Under the pieces are notes generated by a model. The model worked only from the letters and a program-made list of their open reading frames with translations. It ran no database searches and was not told the DNA's origin. Of a stretch of 64,000 bases of DNA, positions 1 to 16,003 are shown one piece after another (position 1 is the first letter of the stretch; the number at the start of each line of letters is the position of its first letter). The stretch spans positions 27,032,001-27,096,000 of the forward strand of contig OZ024762.1 in the NCBI GenBank assembly GCA_964016885.1. The letters are read 5' to 3'. The position numbers were made by a program, and so were the translations under genes. The stretch comes from Eledone cirrhosa. Lineage: Eukaryota.

Positions 1-180
1 GTCTCTCCCTGTCTCCCTCACACCCTTTCTCTCTCCCTCTCTTACTGTCTCACACATTCTTTCCCCTCTCACTCACTCTTTCTTATTCTCTCACTCATTC
101 TCTCCCTTAATCTCTCTCTCCCTCTCTCTCTCCCTCTCTCTCCCTCTCTCTCCCCCCCCCTCTCTCTCTCTCTCTCCCTG
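1..180. repeat. CT-rich low-complexity / (CT)n microsatellite
   Basis: Runs of ctctct and ccctctctct. Confidence 0.9.
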
Positions 181-261
181 TCTAGCGGTAACATCACATA
201 CACAGACAAACGCTCATGCTCGTACATGCAAACAGACATATAAATATATATACATGTACAT

Positions 262-460
262 ACACACACACAAGCACATACGCACACACAAGCACATACG
301 CACACACAAGCACATACGCACACACAAGCACATACGCACACACAAGCACATACACACACACAAGTACATACGCACACACAAGCACATACGCACACACAAG
401 CACATACACACACACAAGTACATACGCACACACAAGCACATACACACACACAAGTACATA
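262..460. repeat. 18-bp minisatellite (cacacacaagcacatacg)n
   Basis: About 11 tandem units; produces the spurious HTSTYA / THKHIR ORFs. Confidence 0.9.
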
Positions 461-825
461 TAACGCACAAAAGTACGCATATATAAACATATAGAAATGC
501 ACAAACACAGACGCACAAACACACACACACACATACACACATAAACACACATACACACACACACTCACACGCACGCACATACACGTATACATATATTGTG
601 GTGTTATGCATATTTCCGAGACGCCACTTCACGTAGATTATTATTTATAACAAGTTCCAGAAATGGACGAACTAATTTGCTTATATTCAGCAATTAAGTT
701 TTCAGCAGTTAATTAAGATATATGATTATTAGTTCACTAAGCAATTTGAAAAATATATCCATATATATTCATATATGCGTGTATATATATGTGGGCGGGT
801 GTGTGTGTGTGTATGTGTGTGTATA

Positions 826-882
<57 letters not shown>

Positions 883-955
883 TATATATACATATATATA
901 GACTTATATACATTTATATATATATATATACATATATATACATTTATATACATAC

Positions 956-1003
<48 letters not shown>

Positions 1004-1080
1004 ATAAATGTATATATATGTATATATATATATGTATATAAGTATATATGTATATATATATATGTATATATCATTTTTTT

Positions 1081-1248
1081 CTACTTTTGGCACAAGGCCA
1101 GAAATTATCCCAGTGTATTACTGGTACTTTATTTTATCGACCCCGTAAGGATGAAAGGCAAAGTTAACCTCGGCGGATTTCAACTCAGAACGCAAAGGGC
1201 CATAACTATGCTGCAAAGCATGGCGCCTGACGCTCTACAGATACCGCC
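1081..1248 (-). mobile_element. tRNA-type SINE (cephalopod-like family)
   Basis: Minus strand starts GGCGG, has a B-box-like GAGTTGAAATCC and the core gcctttcatccttacggggtcgataaaataaagtaccag; five copies in the window. Confidence 0.85.
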
Positions 1249-1317
1249 TTATATATATATTATAATAATGCATCCGCCTGTTTGTTCGTGTCTTCTTTTA
1301 TTGATATATCTATCTAT

Positions 1318-2259
1318 CTAGGGATGGTAAATTTCCCTAGATCCATGGACGAGTTCTCTCCAGCAGTCTCTGTCCCTCATTATCGTTGCCATGTCCTGCG
1401 TCTCCAACAGACCAGTGTCTGTCCTTAGGACATCAACATACCTTAACCTTGGTCTTCCCCTTCCAGTGTGTCCATGCAGAGGCTTCCACAGGAGCACTGA
1501 GTGTAGTGTCAACTCTGTATGTCGGTGAGCATGTCCAGCTAACCTCAGTCTCCTCTGTGTCACTTTTGAGCTGACTTTTGCGAGGCTTCTGTACAGCTCT
1601 GAGGTTTTCATCCTCAGTGTATACTGATTAATGTTCAAAGCGATCCTCATGCATTCTCGGGTAGCACCCATCCACCATCTGAGTGAGTTTCTTGGTCAGT
1701 GTCCAAGTCTCAGACCCGTACAGCAGCACAGACTCCACTACAGCAATGAAGAGGCGGATCTTCAGGTCTCCACGAAGGTCCGACTTCCACAACGATCTCA
1801 AGCTGTGGCACGCAGCCCATGGCTTTGCTCTTCCTCTCAACGACATCATCTTCCGTATTCCCAATCTTTGCTCCCAAATACAGGAAGTCCTGAACCAATT
1901 CTAGCGGCTTCCCGCCTTTATTATTGATCCCCTCTGGTTCTCAACATTCTTTACCAGATATTTTGTCTTAGTCTCATTCATTCTCAGCCCCACACTCATC
2001 AACATAGTCTCAACCTCCTGCATCAAATCCTCTGCCTCCTTCACCGCATTTGTCACCAAAACTATGTCGTCGGCAAATTCAGCATCCGATATCTTTTTCG
2101 CCTTAATTCTCTGAGCCGGTGCTACAGTAAAGCCAGAGTCCTGGTGTTTCTCCAGTGCAAGGCGCATACAATAGTCCACTACGATGATATAAAGGTAGGG
2201 AGCCAATGTATCTCCCTGGAGCACTCCAGTCCGTATCTCAAAGGACTCTGTCATCCCAT
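1318..2259 (-). mobile_element. RTE-clade LINE, 5'-truncated and frameshifted
   Basis: RT motifs [12 protein letters not shown] and EFADD; RTE-type C-terminus VLLYGSETWTL...RRLRLAGH...RGRPR. Confidence 0.88.
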
Positions 2260-2263
2260 CAGA

Positions 2264-2294
<31 letters not shown>

Positions 2295-2354
2295 TATGGA
2301 ATACTGTTGGCTTTTTGCTACAATATTTTCTATACCTTTCATTTATATATATAT

Positions 2355-2425
<71 letters not shown>

Positions 2426-2426
<1 letters not shown>

Positions 2427-2640
2427 CAAAGGAAAAGTGGTAAGGAACCAGGTGGACCATAACGCACCAAAGTACTCAATACTTAGGGTAGTAGAGTGGG
2501 TAATAGGAGTAAGTAAGACCCCGACGGCGGAGTTCAAGCCGTCTCGACGGCTAATTCTGTACCAAAAAACTAACCAACTGGAAATCACCAGGCCCAGACG
2601 GTGTGCAGGGGTATTGGATTAGAAATATAACATCCCTCCA
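2426..2640 (-). mobile_element. Probable PLE pseudo-LTR fragment
   Basis: Related copy at ~39687-39815; carries the GTATTGAGTAC motif shared with other pLTRs and a degenerate hammerhead-like fold. Confidence 0.45.
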
Positions 2641-2649
2641 CCTGAAACT

Positions 2650-4620
2650 GACTGCTTGATGTCAGGTGATGTACCAGAGTGGTTGACAAAAGGTACAACA
2701 GTTCTGGTAATGAAATACCGAATCAAGGGTAATGACGTTACCAACTATAGACCTATCACATGTCTGTCCGTAATGTGGAAACTGTTGACAAGCATTGTGT
2801 CTGAGGAAATCTACCATCACCTCCACACAAACAACTTGTTACCGGACGAACAGAAAGGATGCCGAAAGAAGTCCCGTGGTACAAAGGACCAGTTACTTAT
2901 TGATAAGATGGTAATGAGGAATTGCAAGAGGAGACACACTGGTCTTGCCATGGGATGGATAGACTACAAAAAGGCATTTGACAGGGTGCCTCATTCTTGG
3001 ATCACAAAAAGCCTAGAGATCTTCAAGGTGGCAGATTACATCAGACAGTTGTTGGGCAAAAGTATGAAGCCCTGGAAAACGGAGTTAACATCAGCTGGAG
3101 AAACCTTGGGAGGTGTGAAGATCAAGAGAGGTATCTTCCAGGGAGATAGTCTATCCCCTCTGTTGTTTGTCCTTGCCCTGATGCCCCTGACCATTATACT
3201 GCGAAAAGTGAGAGCAGGATACAAGTTGGGAAAGGGAGAGCTTACCATCAATCACCTCCTCTTCATGGACGATCTTAAGCTCTTCGGGAAGAGTGAGAAG
3301 GAGTTGGATGTGCTTGTTGACATTGTCCGTATTTTCAGCAATGATATATGTATGCAATTTGGTATTAGTAAGTGTGGAGTCCTAGTGATGAAGAGGGGTA
3401 AATTGAGCAGAAGCAACGGAATCCAGGTACCAACAGGTGAGATGATAAAGGAAATTGACACTGAAGAAGGATACAAATATTTAGGTGTTCTGGAGGCAGA
3501 TGACATCAAGAACAAAAAAATGAAGGAATTGATAAGATCTGAGTACATTCGGAGAGTAAGGAGCGTATTAAAGTCACATCTGAACAGTAGGAATTCCATA
3601 AGAGCAGTCAATTCCCGAGTTGTGTCTATTATTATGTACAGTGCGGGAATTCTGAGATGGAATGTTGCTGAACAAAAAGAAATGGATAGGAAGACTAGAA
3701 AGCTATTAACTCTCTACAACATGTTCCACAAGAGGAGTGATGTCGATAGACTCTACTTAAGGAGATCTGAAGGTGGAAGAGGTCTTATCAGCATAGAGGA
3801 CTGTGTTCAGATGGAGAAAAACAACCTACACAAATACGTGACTGATAGTAAGGAGCCAATGCTCAGAATTGTACTGAAGGAGAGGACAATAGACCAGGGG
3901 ATATCCAAGGAGGAAATAACAACAGGGAGAAAGAGCAGCCTTCATGAAAAATCCCTTCATAGTACCTTCTTTGAGAAAACTGAATTCAGAGATCCACAGA
4001 CATGGAAATGGTTAAAAGAGGAGACCTTAAAAAGGCTACAGAAGGAATGCTAATGGCTGCGCAAGAGCAGGCCCTCAAAACGAAGTGGCTGAAACACCAT
4101 ATTTACAAGGAGGAGGCTAGCCCACTGTGTAGGATCTGTGGAGAGAGCGAGGAGACAACGATCAAGTGAAGGTGCTGTGGGATTTTAGGATACAGACGGA
4201 CAAGAAACTGGAACACAATAGACCTGACCTGGTGGTTTTGGACAAGGAAAATAGATCGTGCCTGATTGTAGATGTAGCCTGCCCCTTTGGCACAAGAGTG
4301 CAAGAGAAGGAGAGGGAGAAAATTAACCGATACCAGGACTTAAAGTGGGAGGTAAAAAGGATTTGGAACTGCCATGAAGTCAAAGTGGTCCCGATTGTCA
4401 TAGGCGCACTAGGTACTATCTCAAAAGTTTCCAGGGATGGTTAAAGAAAATTGGCCCCACCCCGCTTTTTGGAACGCCTCAAAAGGCATGCTTGCTGGGA
4501 ACAGCAAGAACCCTCCGATACGTCCTGAATATCTGAGGCTGCAGGTAGTGGCTTGATATTCATTTCAACAATCTTTCCAGTTAACTAACATCAATGACTG
4601 AGACTCAAAGAACAATAATA
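2650..4620 (+). mobile_element. R4/Dong-like non-LTR retrotransposon (RT, zinc knuckle, restriction-like endonuclease), 5'-truncated
   Basis: ORF 2656-4053 has [28 protein letters not shown] and LLFMDDLKL; then a CRICG knuckle remnant and HNRPDLVV...VDVACP (RLE); ends in AAT-rich sequence. Confidence 0.85.
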
Positions 4621-5209
4621 CACTATTAATAATTATTAATTAATGCAATCGTGCAATGCCTGTGCGTGGCGAATATTTTTAAAGTGAGGAAAGACTGTGC
4701 ACTGAGCCAATCCCACTCTCTGTGTGACAGTAGCTATAACCCGAAAAGAAGAAAAGATCAATATCAACGGTAACTACTGAGCCGCAGGTTTTATGTCAGA
4801 GTTAACCCAGTTTCCTGAGATGCCTTCTAGAAGAATGCCCTGACAAGGGTTGGGGGTTCTTCACTCCAAGTGGTTTAACTGCGCGATCGGGTATCCAACC
4901 CGACTATTTCTATGTCCCCGCGCATAAAAAAACTCACTTATTGACACTTATACGAACGACATACACACACGCGCACACACACACATACATACGCGCACAC
5001 ACACCAACACTCATACATACAAACAAACACACACACGCTACTCACTTACACACACACACATATATATATATCCTCCAAGATATTACCGTCATTACTGATA
5101 CAAAATTACAAGATTATGTCAACTGTTGACTTTCAAAAGAGTTTGTATAGTTGAAGCTGTTCGTGTTACCGTTCAGTATTATTATTATAATTGCTTTACA
5201 GCATAGAGC

Positions 5210-5340
5210 TATGGCCCTCCACGCTCCGAGCTCAAATCCAGCCAAGATCAACCTTGCCTTTCATCCCCACGGAGTCAACAAAAGAGTGCACCAGTAATGG
5301 AACAATCGCAGGCTCCGTGCCAAATGCAGAAAAATGATTA
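5210..5340 (-). mobile_element. Diverged SINE copy
   Basis: ttgcctttcatccccacggagtcaacaaaagagtgcaccagt matches the SINE core on the + strand as written; diverged, so extent and orientation are less certain. Confidence 0.5.
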
Positions 5341-5370
5341 TTATTAAAGCGACCGGGCCTTAAGAAAACA

Positions 5371-5446
5371 ACATACATACATACATACATACATACATAC
5401 ATACATACATACATACATACATACATACATACATACATACATACAT
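5371..5446. repeat. (ACAT)n microsatellite
   Basis: About 19 perfect units. Confidence 0.95.
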
Positions 5447-7922
5447 AAAAAAAACGATATTCTATCGGAGATATCTTACTGACCTCTACCAACAAGTTCT
5501 TAAGGGAGATACACTTATACCAGAATGATTGACATTAGCACAAAAATTACTGGTCCCCAAGAACAAACACACCAACTTTGCAAAAAGCAACCGACCCATT
5601 GCATGCCAGAACCTGATGTAGAAGATGTATACAGCCTGCCTGAACCTATTCCTCCAAGATCACTGTGAAAATAATAACATCATCACAGATGAACAAGCAG
5701 CTGGAAAGAAAAGGGTTGGGGGATGTGCTGAACAACTCCTAATCAACAAAACTGCGATGTCGAAGGTGCGACAACTTTGGAGGAATATGACTACAGTCTG
5801 GCTGGACTACAGGAAAGCTTTCGATTCTGTTCCCCACTCTTGGATGATAGAGGCCCTCCCACTTGTTAAAGTCCCAGACGTTATCGTCAGAGCCATAGCG
5901 AGGCTGTCTTCTTCTTGGGCTACTATCCTAAGGTTAAAGATAGAGAGGGAGGACTCTATTTTCACTGATAAAATAAAATATCGCTGGGGTATATTTCAGG
6001 GAGACAGGCTCTCTGTGATATTATTCATCTTGTCATTAAACCCCTTATCCTTTCTGCTCAAGAAATGTGAGGGATACATCATTTGGCTCACAGGAGGACA
6101 GAAATAAGAACCTACCCCATAATTTCGTTGTGGACGATCTAAAACTCTATGCCAAGAACATGGATGGGATGAAGAAAAATCTTGACCTGGTTACAACGTT
6201 CTCAAAGGAGATAGGAATAGAGTTTGGCCAAGATAAAAGCTCATACATGACTGTAAAGCGGGGAAAAACAACAACCCAATCTAGCAACATTGTCATTAAT
6301 GGCCTAACTGTTTCACCGATATCTGATAAGGTCTGCTACAGATACCTGGGGATAGATGAGAACATATCCTATAATGGTATATGTAATAAGGAACGCGTAA
6401 CCAGGGAATACTACACCCGATTAAGAAAGATTTGGTCATCGGAACTCTCTGCGCAAAACAAAACAGTGGCTCACAATGTGTTTGCTGTGCCTGTCCTAAC
6501 ACCAACGTTTGGAATACTCAATTGGGCGATAGACGAAATCCGAACAGTTGATGTTAGAACTCGAAAAATAGTAAACAACACCGGAAACTTCCACATCAAC
6601 AGTGACATAGACCGCCTTTACTTGGAACGTAAGCAGGGAGGCAGAAGCCTAACATCAGACCAGACAGCATTTGAATGTCGCATCATATCCCTCCGACAAC
6701 ATCTCCGAACCTCGAAGCGTAGGAGACCATCTCTCGAGCAAGTCTATCTGTAAGAAACAGATAAGATCATAAGAGTTGGGAAGGAACTCCTCGAGAGATA
6801 TTCCCTGTGTGATAATAAAAAACTCACTCCCAGGGAAGTCGCTCCGCAGTATCGCAGTGATTCCATGGATGAAAAACTGCATGCATATTAGCAAAAAAAT
6901 CATGCATGGATATTTTGCCAGGAAGCTCCAGAGGGAGAGTAATATAGATAAGGAAAGAAGTCTATCTTGTACCAACAACCACTATATTGGCTCCCACTTT
7001 GAAGGATACGCTTTTGCAATCCAAGAACAGGAAATTAACACGAAATACCTGATTCTCAAAAGAGATATGGATGCAGGCAAAACACCTAGATGTGATAACA
7101 AGTGCAGTCTCTGCAGAACTAACATCGAAGATATCACCCATGTCATCAGCAGCTGTCCAAAGATGTCATCGCGGTACTATCTACCTCTGAGGTATCATGT
7201 AGTGGCCAAAACACTGTACAATGCAATCCGTAAAAACGATAGCCCCGATAATAAACACATTAAAAGTTAGAGCAATGTGGAAGACATCCATGTACATAAT
7301 ATGAAAGAGTACTGGTGGAATATTTCAGTAAAAATCCCAATAAAATGCAGGCATAACAGACCGAATATTATGATATGGGACAGGAAGAAGAAAGCATGCA
7401 CAGTAGTGGAAATTAGCTGCCCAGCAGATGCCAATATAATATCAAAGATTAGCGAAAAGGAGAATATTTATGCAGAACTGATGAGAAATCTGCAGATACT
7501 CCACCCTGATTACACCCTCAGATTTATACCTGTGATTATTGGGGCACTGGGGTATGTTAGTAACTGCCTCAATACAAATCTTGAGAAGCTAGGTTTCACA
7601 GGAACAGAAAGAACACAACTAGTTAGGAAATTATAAGTACAATCCATTAATAGAACAGTAAAAATATGTAAAACATTCCAAAAATAATGCATCTAATAAC
7701 TGCATATACACATGTACAGATACAAAGCATATACACATGCACACATACAACTCAAAACATACACATCCACACATACAATAACATCCATATCTACACATGC
7801 AAACATACATACATATCAACCTAGTTGATGTGTGAATTCCAATGAGAGAGTCTTGTGTCTATGTTAGAAACCGACTCTCTCTCTATTGGGAAAACATTTG
7901 TGAAATTATAAAACCAGAAGAA
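5447..7922 (+). mobile_element. Second R4/Dong-like RT-RLE retrotransposon, decayed
   Basis: WLDYRKAFDSVPHSW, GIFQGDRLS, VVDDLKLY, CSLC..EDITHVISSC (CCHC) and HNRPNIMIWD..VEISCP (RLE); several stops and frameshifts. Confidence 0.85.
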
Positions 7923-8209
7923 CATACATACATATATACACACATATTTACGTAAGCATGTATATATTTTTTATCATGTAATATCCTGTTTCAAAAATAC
8001 ATGCTTAATTCCGCTGAAAAACACGCCACAATTTATGTTCGAAAAATACAATATATCTTCAGATTGCGTTTTAACCGATTGCATTCTGCTAGTGTTCGTT
8101 TATAGACAAAGAATTCCGGAATAAATTTAGTCCATAATACAAAGTTGGCAATAGACACAGCACAAATGGAGGATTATATGTATATTTGTATATTTGCATA
8201 AATACATTT

Positions 8210-10299
<2,090 letters not shown>

Positions 10300-10300
<1 letters not shown>

Positions 10301-10440
10301 TATATATATATCTAGGATGTTTAACTTGGAGTTAAGTAGATTCACCCGGGTGAGCACTCGATGTTTAGTTTCACTTCTGTGTCGAGGTGTAGATCTATAC
10401 AGAGTCTATTGTATTGAAAAGATATGTATATGTATATATA

Positions 10441-10482
<42 letters not shown>

Positions 10483-10597
10483 CATATCTTTTCAATACAA
10501 TAGACTCTGTATAGATCTACACCTCGACACAGAAGTGAAACTAAACATCGAGTGCTCACCCGGGTGAATCTACTTAACTCCAAGTTACACATCCTAG

Positions 10598-10610
<13 letters not shown>
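10300..10610. repeat. Near-perfect fold-back (MITE-like), ~135-bp arms around a TA-rich spacer
   Basis: tctaggatgtttaacttggag...gaaaagatatg is the reverse complement of catatcttttc...ctccaagttacacatcctaga. Confidence 0.85.
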
Positions 10611-10693
<83 letters not shown>

Positions 10694-10887
10694 CTGCATA
10701 TATATATATATGTATATATACTGTATGGATATGTATATATATATGTATATATATATGCATATATATATATATATATATGTATGTATATATATATATATAC
10801 TTTATAAATAGCAATCAAAGAGTGTTTTAGAACGTATATCTACGTATATATATATATAGATAGATATTTATATGTATATATATATAT

Positions 10888-10947
10888 TACTTTTTTACTC
10901 TTTTACCTGTTTCAGCCATCCGGCTGAGGCCATGCTGGGGCACCGCC

Positions 10948-10948
<1 letters not shown>
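10888..10948 (-). mobile_element. Short SINE tail-like fragment
   Basis: ggcggtgccccagcatggcctcagccggatggctgaaacaggtaaaaga; near-identical copy at 39619-39670. Confidence 0.55.
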
Positions 10949-11005
<57 letters not shown>

Positions 11006-11110
11006 CATAGATATATACATACATATGTACATATATGTATGTATATGTATATGTATATATATATAGACATATATAAATTGTATATATACATATATATATT
11101 AATATATATA

Positions 11111-11643
11111 CTAGCAGATTTACCCGGCGTTGCCGGGGGTTTGAAATTATGCTAACAATATACAGCTAGGAAGTAAAAGAAGAAAATTATTTGTCCCCAA
11201 CCTGTCAAAATAAGCAGAAGTCTTCAATAATTAATGCAAACGAATATTTAATGCAATCTTTGTACACATAAAACTATGCTGATAATGAAGGAAAACAGTG
11301 AACAGGATGTAGTTATATAAATGATTACAGATAATACACGTTGCAAATCTGTAAAAAAACAGCTACTTTAGCTAAAGTACAAAAAGTTGTAATGAAAGCA
11401 GAGTTGTATACAAACCAAAAAAAGCAATGAGAGTAGAATAAGAGAACATGTATTCTTGCTATCGATTTGTTATTGCTCAACATGGGTCGATTTAAAAAAT
11501 TCTTTCGGTGTCACTATCTTAGCGACAAGTGCAACGTGAACAGAAAATCTGGCCAAATTCAGTTGGGAATTGGAAAAGCCTTAGCTGTCCAAATTTGTCC
11601 ACAGACACACACACACACATCCTCGCTTTTATATATAGAGAGA
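11111..11643 (-). mobile_element. Non-autonomous Helitron
   Basis: Minus strand starts TC and ends with a cccggc-aac-gccggg hairpin followed by ...CTAG; sits between A and T; 3' end resembles that of the Helitron at 48094. Confidence 0.75.
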
Positions 11644-11719
11644 TATATAATAAATATATGTATATATAATATAAATATATATGTGTGTGTGAGTGTGTGT
11701 GTAAATATATATATATGTT

Positions 11720-13136
11720 TACAACAATAACAATACAATCACCATTGAACACAACAGAATATCTAATACGCAATCGCCCACTAATAGGCAAACAAAACGT
11801 AACACACTTGTACAGGCGTCGCAGCCCACCAATAATGCCAAAGTTGCACGTGACAAGAATTGTAACTGCCACCTACCTGAAACTTGTCCATTACATAATG
11901 AATGTATGCAGTCTAACCTGGTTTACCAATGCACAGTGGAATCAGACAACCAGAAATGGTATTACATCGGAACGACTGGGAATACATTTAAAGCCCGTTA
12001 GTATACACACCGTTACGCAATGAAACATTCCCAGCATCGTTATAAAACTACCCTTGCGAACAAGACCTGGCAATTGAGGGAAAGTAACCATCAATACACC
12101 CTGAAGTGGAAAAAATTATCGAACGCGCCCCCATATCAGAATGGTATGAGAAGCTGTCGATTATGCGACCTTGAGCTGTTCCACATCTTGAGTTCGAAGA
12201 ATAAGTTGCTCAACAATAAAATCGAAAGATCAATTTATCGTAACCATAGACTCAAAGAGAAGTTTTCGCACTACAAGTGCAAATCGAACTCTTAACCTCT
12301 TACTACCAACTGACAAACTGCATATACTTAGACTTTATACCCTCTTGTTGTATCTAAACCCTTTTAATTACCCACAAAAACCAATACCTATATCCCCCCT
12401 TCTCCTTCATTCCTCTTCTATTTCTTCGTTTTCTTCCTTGCCTCCCCTTTTTGGCTATCTTTTCTTTTCTTCTTACTCCCCCCTTCTTTGCTTTTATTTT
12501 TGTCATTATTATCTTTATCTTTATTTTTTAGATATATATTTATCTCTTTATATCTCACCCCCCCCTCTCTATCCATCCCTCCCACTATGATCAATTTAAT
12601 TCTCTTTAACTCACTACATTCCACAACATGAAGTCTACTTATCAAAACTGATCAAGGAATCCTTCCACCTCTACCCCTCCCTCCATCTCAGTTTGTCACT
12701 CTACTTCCTAACTCTTTCCCCTTCCTCTCTCTCTATACTATTCCGTTTCTTCCCCCACCTTCTGATTCCTCTCTCTCTATACTAGTAAATACAATTCCAA
12801 ATAAATGTTTTTCTCTATATATTAAGAATTATTTCAAGAGTAACTTACTCACTATTTTGAAAATTTGGACTGTGAACAACAATTATAATTGAGTGGCTGC
12901 TATTTGCAGTATAGCAATATAAGATTGCTCTTACCAATGAAACGGTCGTAAATACCTGGATAAAGTCCTTCTCTTAATGCTTACCTTTGTTTTCTCTTTT
13001 ATAATTTATACTCCAAGATTGAACGGAATTCTTACAAACTTGTGGAGTTACCCCTAACCGTACGTTGAAACCATCCATGAAACTGGCTTTCTTAACCACA
13101 AACTGGATCACAAAAAGCAATTTTCTGCTTCCCTAA
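11720..13136 (+). mobile_element. PLE 3' fragment (GIY-YIG endonuclease and 3' UTR)
   Basis: CDKNCNC linker; TTLANKTWQL...LKWK...CRLCDLE, same type as 60424-60747. Confidence 0.7.
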
Positions 13137-13139
13137 CTA

Positions 13140-13170
<31 letters not shown>

Positions 13171-13199
13171 ATAAAAATATCCAATACTAATAATTGTTT

Positions 13200-13381
13200 C
13201 TACGTTTGGCACAAGGCCAGAAATTAACCAGAGCATTACTGGTATTTTATTTTATCGACCCCGTAAGGATGAAAGGCAAAGTTAACCTCGGCGGGATTTG
13301 AACTCAGAATAGCAAGGGCCGTAACTCGATACATCAAAGCATAGCGTCCGACCCTCTGCCGATACTGCCAATCTACCGCCC
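13200..13381 (-). mobile_element. tRNA-type SINE with target-site duplication
   Basis: Same family as 1081; TSD tatccaatactaata at 13178-13192 and 13384-13398. Confidence 0.88.
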
Positions 13382-13518
13382 TCTATCCAATACTAATACT
13401 AATATCCAATACTAATAATAATATAAGTAAATTAGTCCACTATCCAGGAGCTTCCAACAGTAATGGTTGCATTTTTTAAGGGTATGTCAATATTTATTTA
13501 TAAAACTGATCTATATTA

Positions 13519-13583
13519 TATTTTGTCTGATGAAAGCACACCATAATTTAACTTGGTGTCCTTGAAATATGTATAATGAAATA
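13519..13583 (+). ncRNA. Minimal type I hammerhead, family B, in a solo pLTR fragment (~13435-13630)
   Basis: uauuuugu-CUGAUGA-aag..cacca/uggug..cuu-GAAA-uaugu-AUA|augaaaua; homologous to the 3' end of the PLE at 36870-37055. Confidence 0.7.
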
Positions 13584-13714
13584 AATATGGTTTTATAAAT
13601 ATATATAGTTTCCATTTGTTAATATCGTATGTTTACTCCAAATACTTGTTGAGTGCTTTATATCAGTTATAAAAATATTTGCTTGTTGTATCCCAACAAT
13701 TTAAAAAGAACTTT

Positions 13715-13776
<62 letters not shown>

Positions 13777-13899
13777 GGTAAACATTGATGCAATTCAATT
13801 CAAGTACTCAACGTACTTTTTCCACATAGGAGTGACGGAGTAAATATCGAATAAGAAAAAGCGAAGTAGTTTCAGATGTTCAAGTCCTTTAATAATAAT

Positions 13900-13973
13900 G
13901 CTGTGATATATATTTCAATGACGACACTGGCCACACTGTTCAGTGTGCGAGTGTCGTGTCATCATCAGACAGC
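13900..13973 (-). ncRNA. Minimal type I hammerhead, family C
   Basis: gcugu-CUGAUGA-long stem II (gacacu..agugucguca)-GAAA-uauau-AUC|acagc; palindromic AUAUAUAU stem III. Confidence 0.75.
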
Positions 13974-14633
13974 TTGTTACATAATAAGGTTGTTTCCGAG
14001 GCAATCCAAATTGAATCGACATGGGAACGGATGAAGTTCGTGCTTTTGGGTTTTTCATCCGTTCCCTTGTGAGTACCAATTCAACCCCACCGGTCTGCGC
14101 AAGCGCATGTCCGAAGGAAGTTGACCATTAGCCACCGCAGGTTTCAACGAAATTCGCTGTCAGTTCACCCTCTCAGCCAAAACAATGGCCCACCTATGCC
14201 CTACCAAAGTTTACTGCTACCCATCACTACTGTGGCAGTCAGCCGAAAGCCAGAGGGGATGGGAGGGTGTTAGTTTTTATAGGTCATAATACTACCTTTC
14301 ACTAAGCGTTGACAGCAAGACTGACCATCAACTCATAAGGGAAAATAAACTTAATTCTAGGTACTATGGTTTTACATTGTAAGTTAAGAGTGAGAGTTGG
14401 AAATAAAAATTAAAAATTAAAATCCTAAATCAAATATCAGAGATTATAAATTAAACAATTAAAAATTTAAAAATTCTGAATTCAACATTTTTTTTCAAGT
14501 GATAATTCGGATTGAATAAAAATATAGATTGAAGTGAGTAAATAATATGGAGAGAGATGTTTAAGTAATAAGTTCTGAGAGGGATTCTAGTGTCACAGTT
14601 ACTCTATCCTATATATATATATATATTATATAT

Positions 14634-14725
<92 letters not shown>

Positions 14726-14922
14726 ATATGTATATATGTGTGTGTATATATCTATATATATATATATATATATATGTACAGTATATCTATATATGTATAT
14801 ATATATATATGTAATAATAATAAATTTGAAGACTAAAATCCAAAGAGTGCTCGATAAGGATAAATATATATCAAATATATAAAAAAACCGTAGAGCAAAT
14901 ATTTATTAAAATAACAGATTAA

Positions 14923-14973
14923 AGTTTAAGCAAAGAATCGCTGCTTTCACCCTTAACGGGATCTTCTGAAACT
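14923..14973 (-). ncRNA. Hammerhead variant, family D (core CAGAAGA)
   Basis: Reverse complement of 16004-16054. Confidence 0.5.
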
Positions 14974-16003
14974 AACAAAGTCAATCTGTAAACGCAGAAC
15001 TGGATATTTCAAAAAACGTTGCAACCGGAGGAAGACAGGAAGACGATACTTTGGTTCGTGGAAACGTTCGCTGGCAAAGAACGGGAAAAAACGAATAATA
15101 CGTCATTAATAGGAGCGGTGAAAAACAATTACGTGCAAAGACAGAACCACGTTTATGGCATAAAAGAGGTCGTATACTAATGTTCTCTTAGGTGGTGCAT
15201 AGAGACGTTCTCTGGCAGACGGTATGGCGTATAATTTTTATATATTCTGGTATATAGGGTTTGGCTATTTGTATACGGGAGTTTTGCGTCTGCGTGAGTA
15301 TGCAGGTTCGTACGTATGGTGGGTGTGTGTATATGTGTACTTCTTGTATTAGTTGACTTACGTCTCCGAACATTCGTGTATTTATTTGTAGGTATGTGCG
15401 TGCGCTTGTTATATACGTATTTATTTACTTATATACGTTTATATAATTATTTATTTATTTGTACACAAGCATACACACACACACATATTTATATGTGCGT
15501 GGTTTCGTATACCTATGGTAAGGTTTTGCGGATGCTTGTGTATGTACGTATCTGTTTGCGTGTATGTATTTATTTGTTTCTATTACTTCTGCATTGTATT
15601 TATTTACTTTGTTCTTAACTCTGTAGCGGAGATTCATTTGGTCTCCTAGTTAGTATTTTAATCTACGACTTCTGCTATACCATTTACGTGGTTTTGTCTT
15701 TGCGTACTATTGTTCTCCACGCTCCACATATGACTTATTATCTTCGTTTTTTCGTTCATTGCCAGAGAACGTCTCTATGCACCACCTAAGAGAACATTAG
15801 TATACGACCTCTTTTATACCATAAACGTGGTTCTGTCTTTGCACGTAATTGTTTTTCACCGCTCCTATTAATGACGTATTATTCGTTTTTTCCCGTTCTT
15901 TGCCAGCGAACGTTTCCACGAACCAAAGTATCGTCTTCCTGTCTTCCTCCGGTTGCAACGTTTTTTGAAATATCCAGTTCTGCGTTTACAGATTGACTTT
16001 GTT

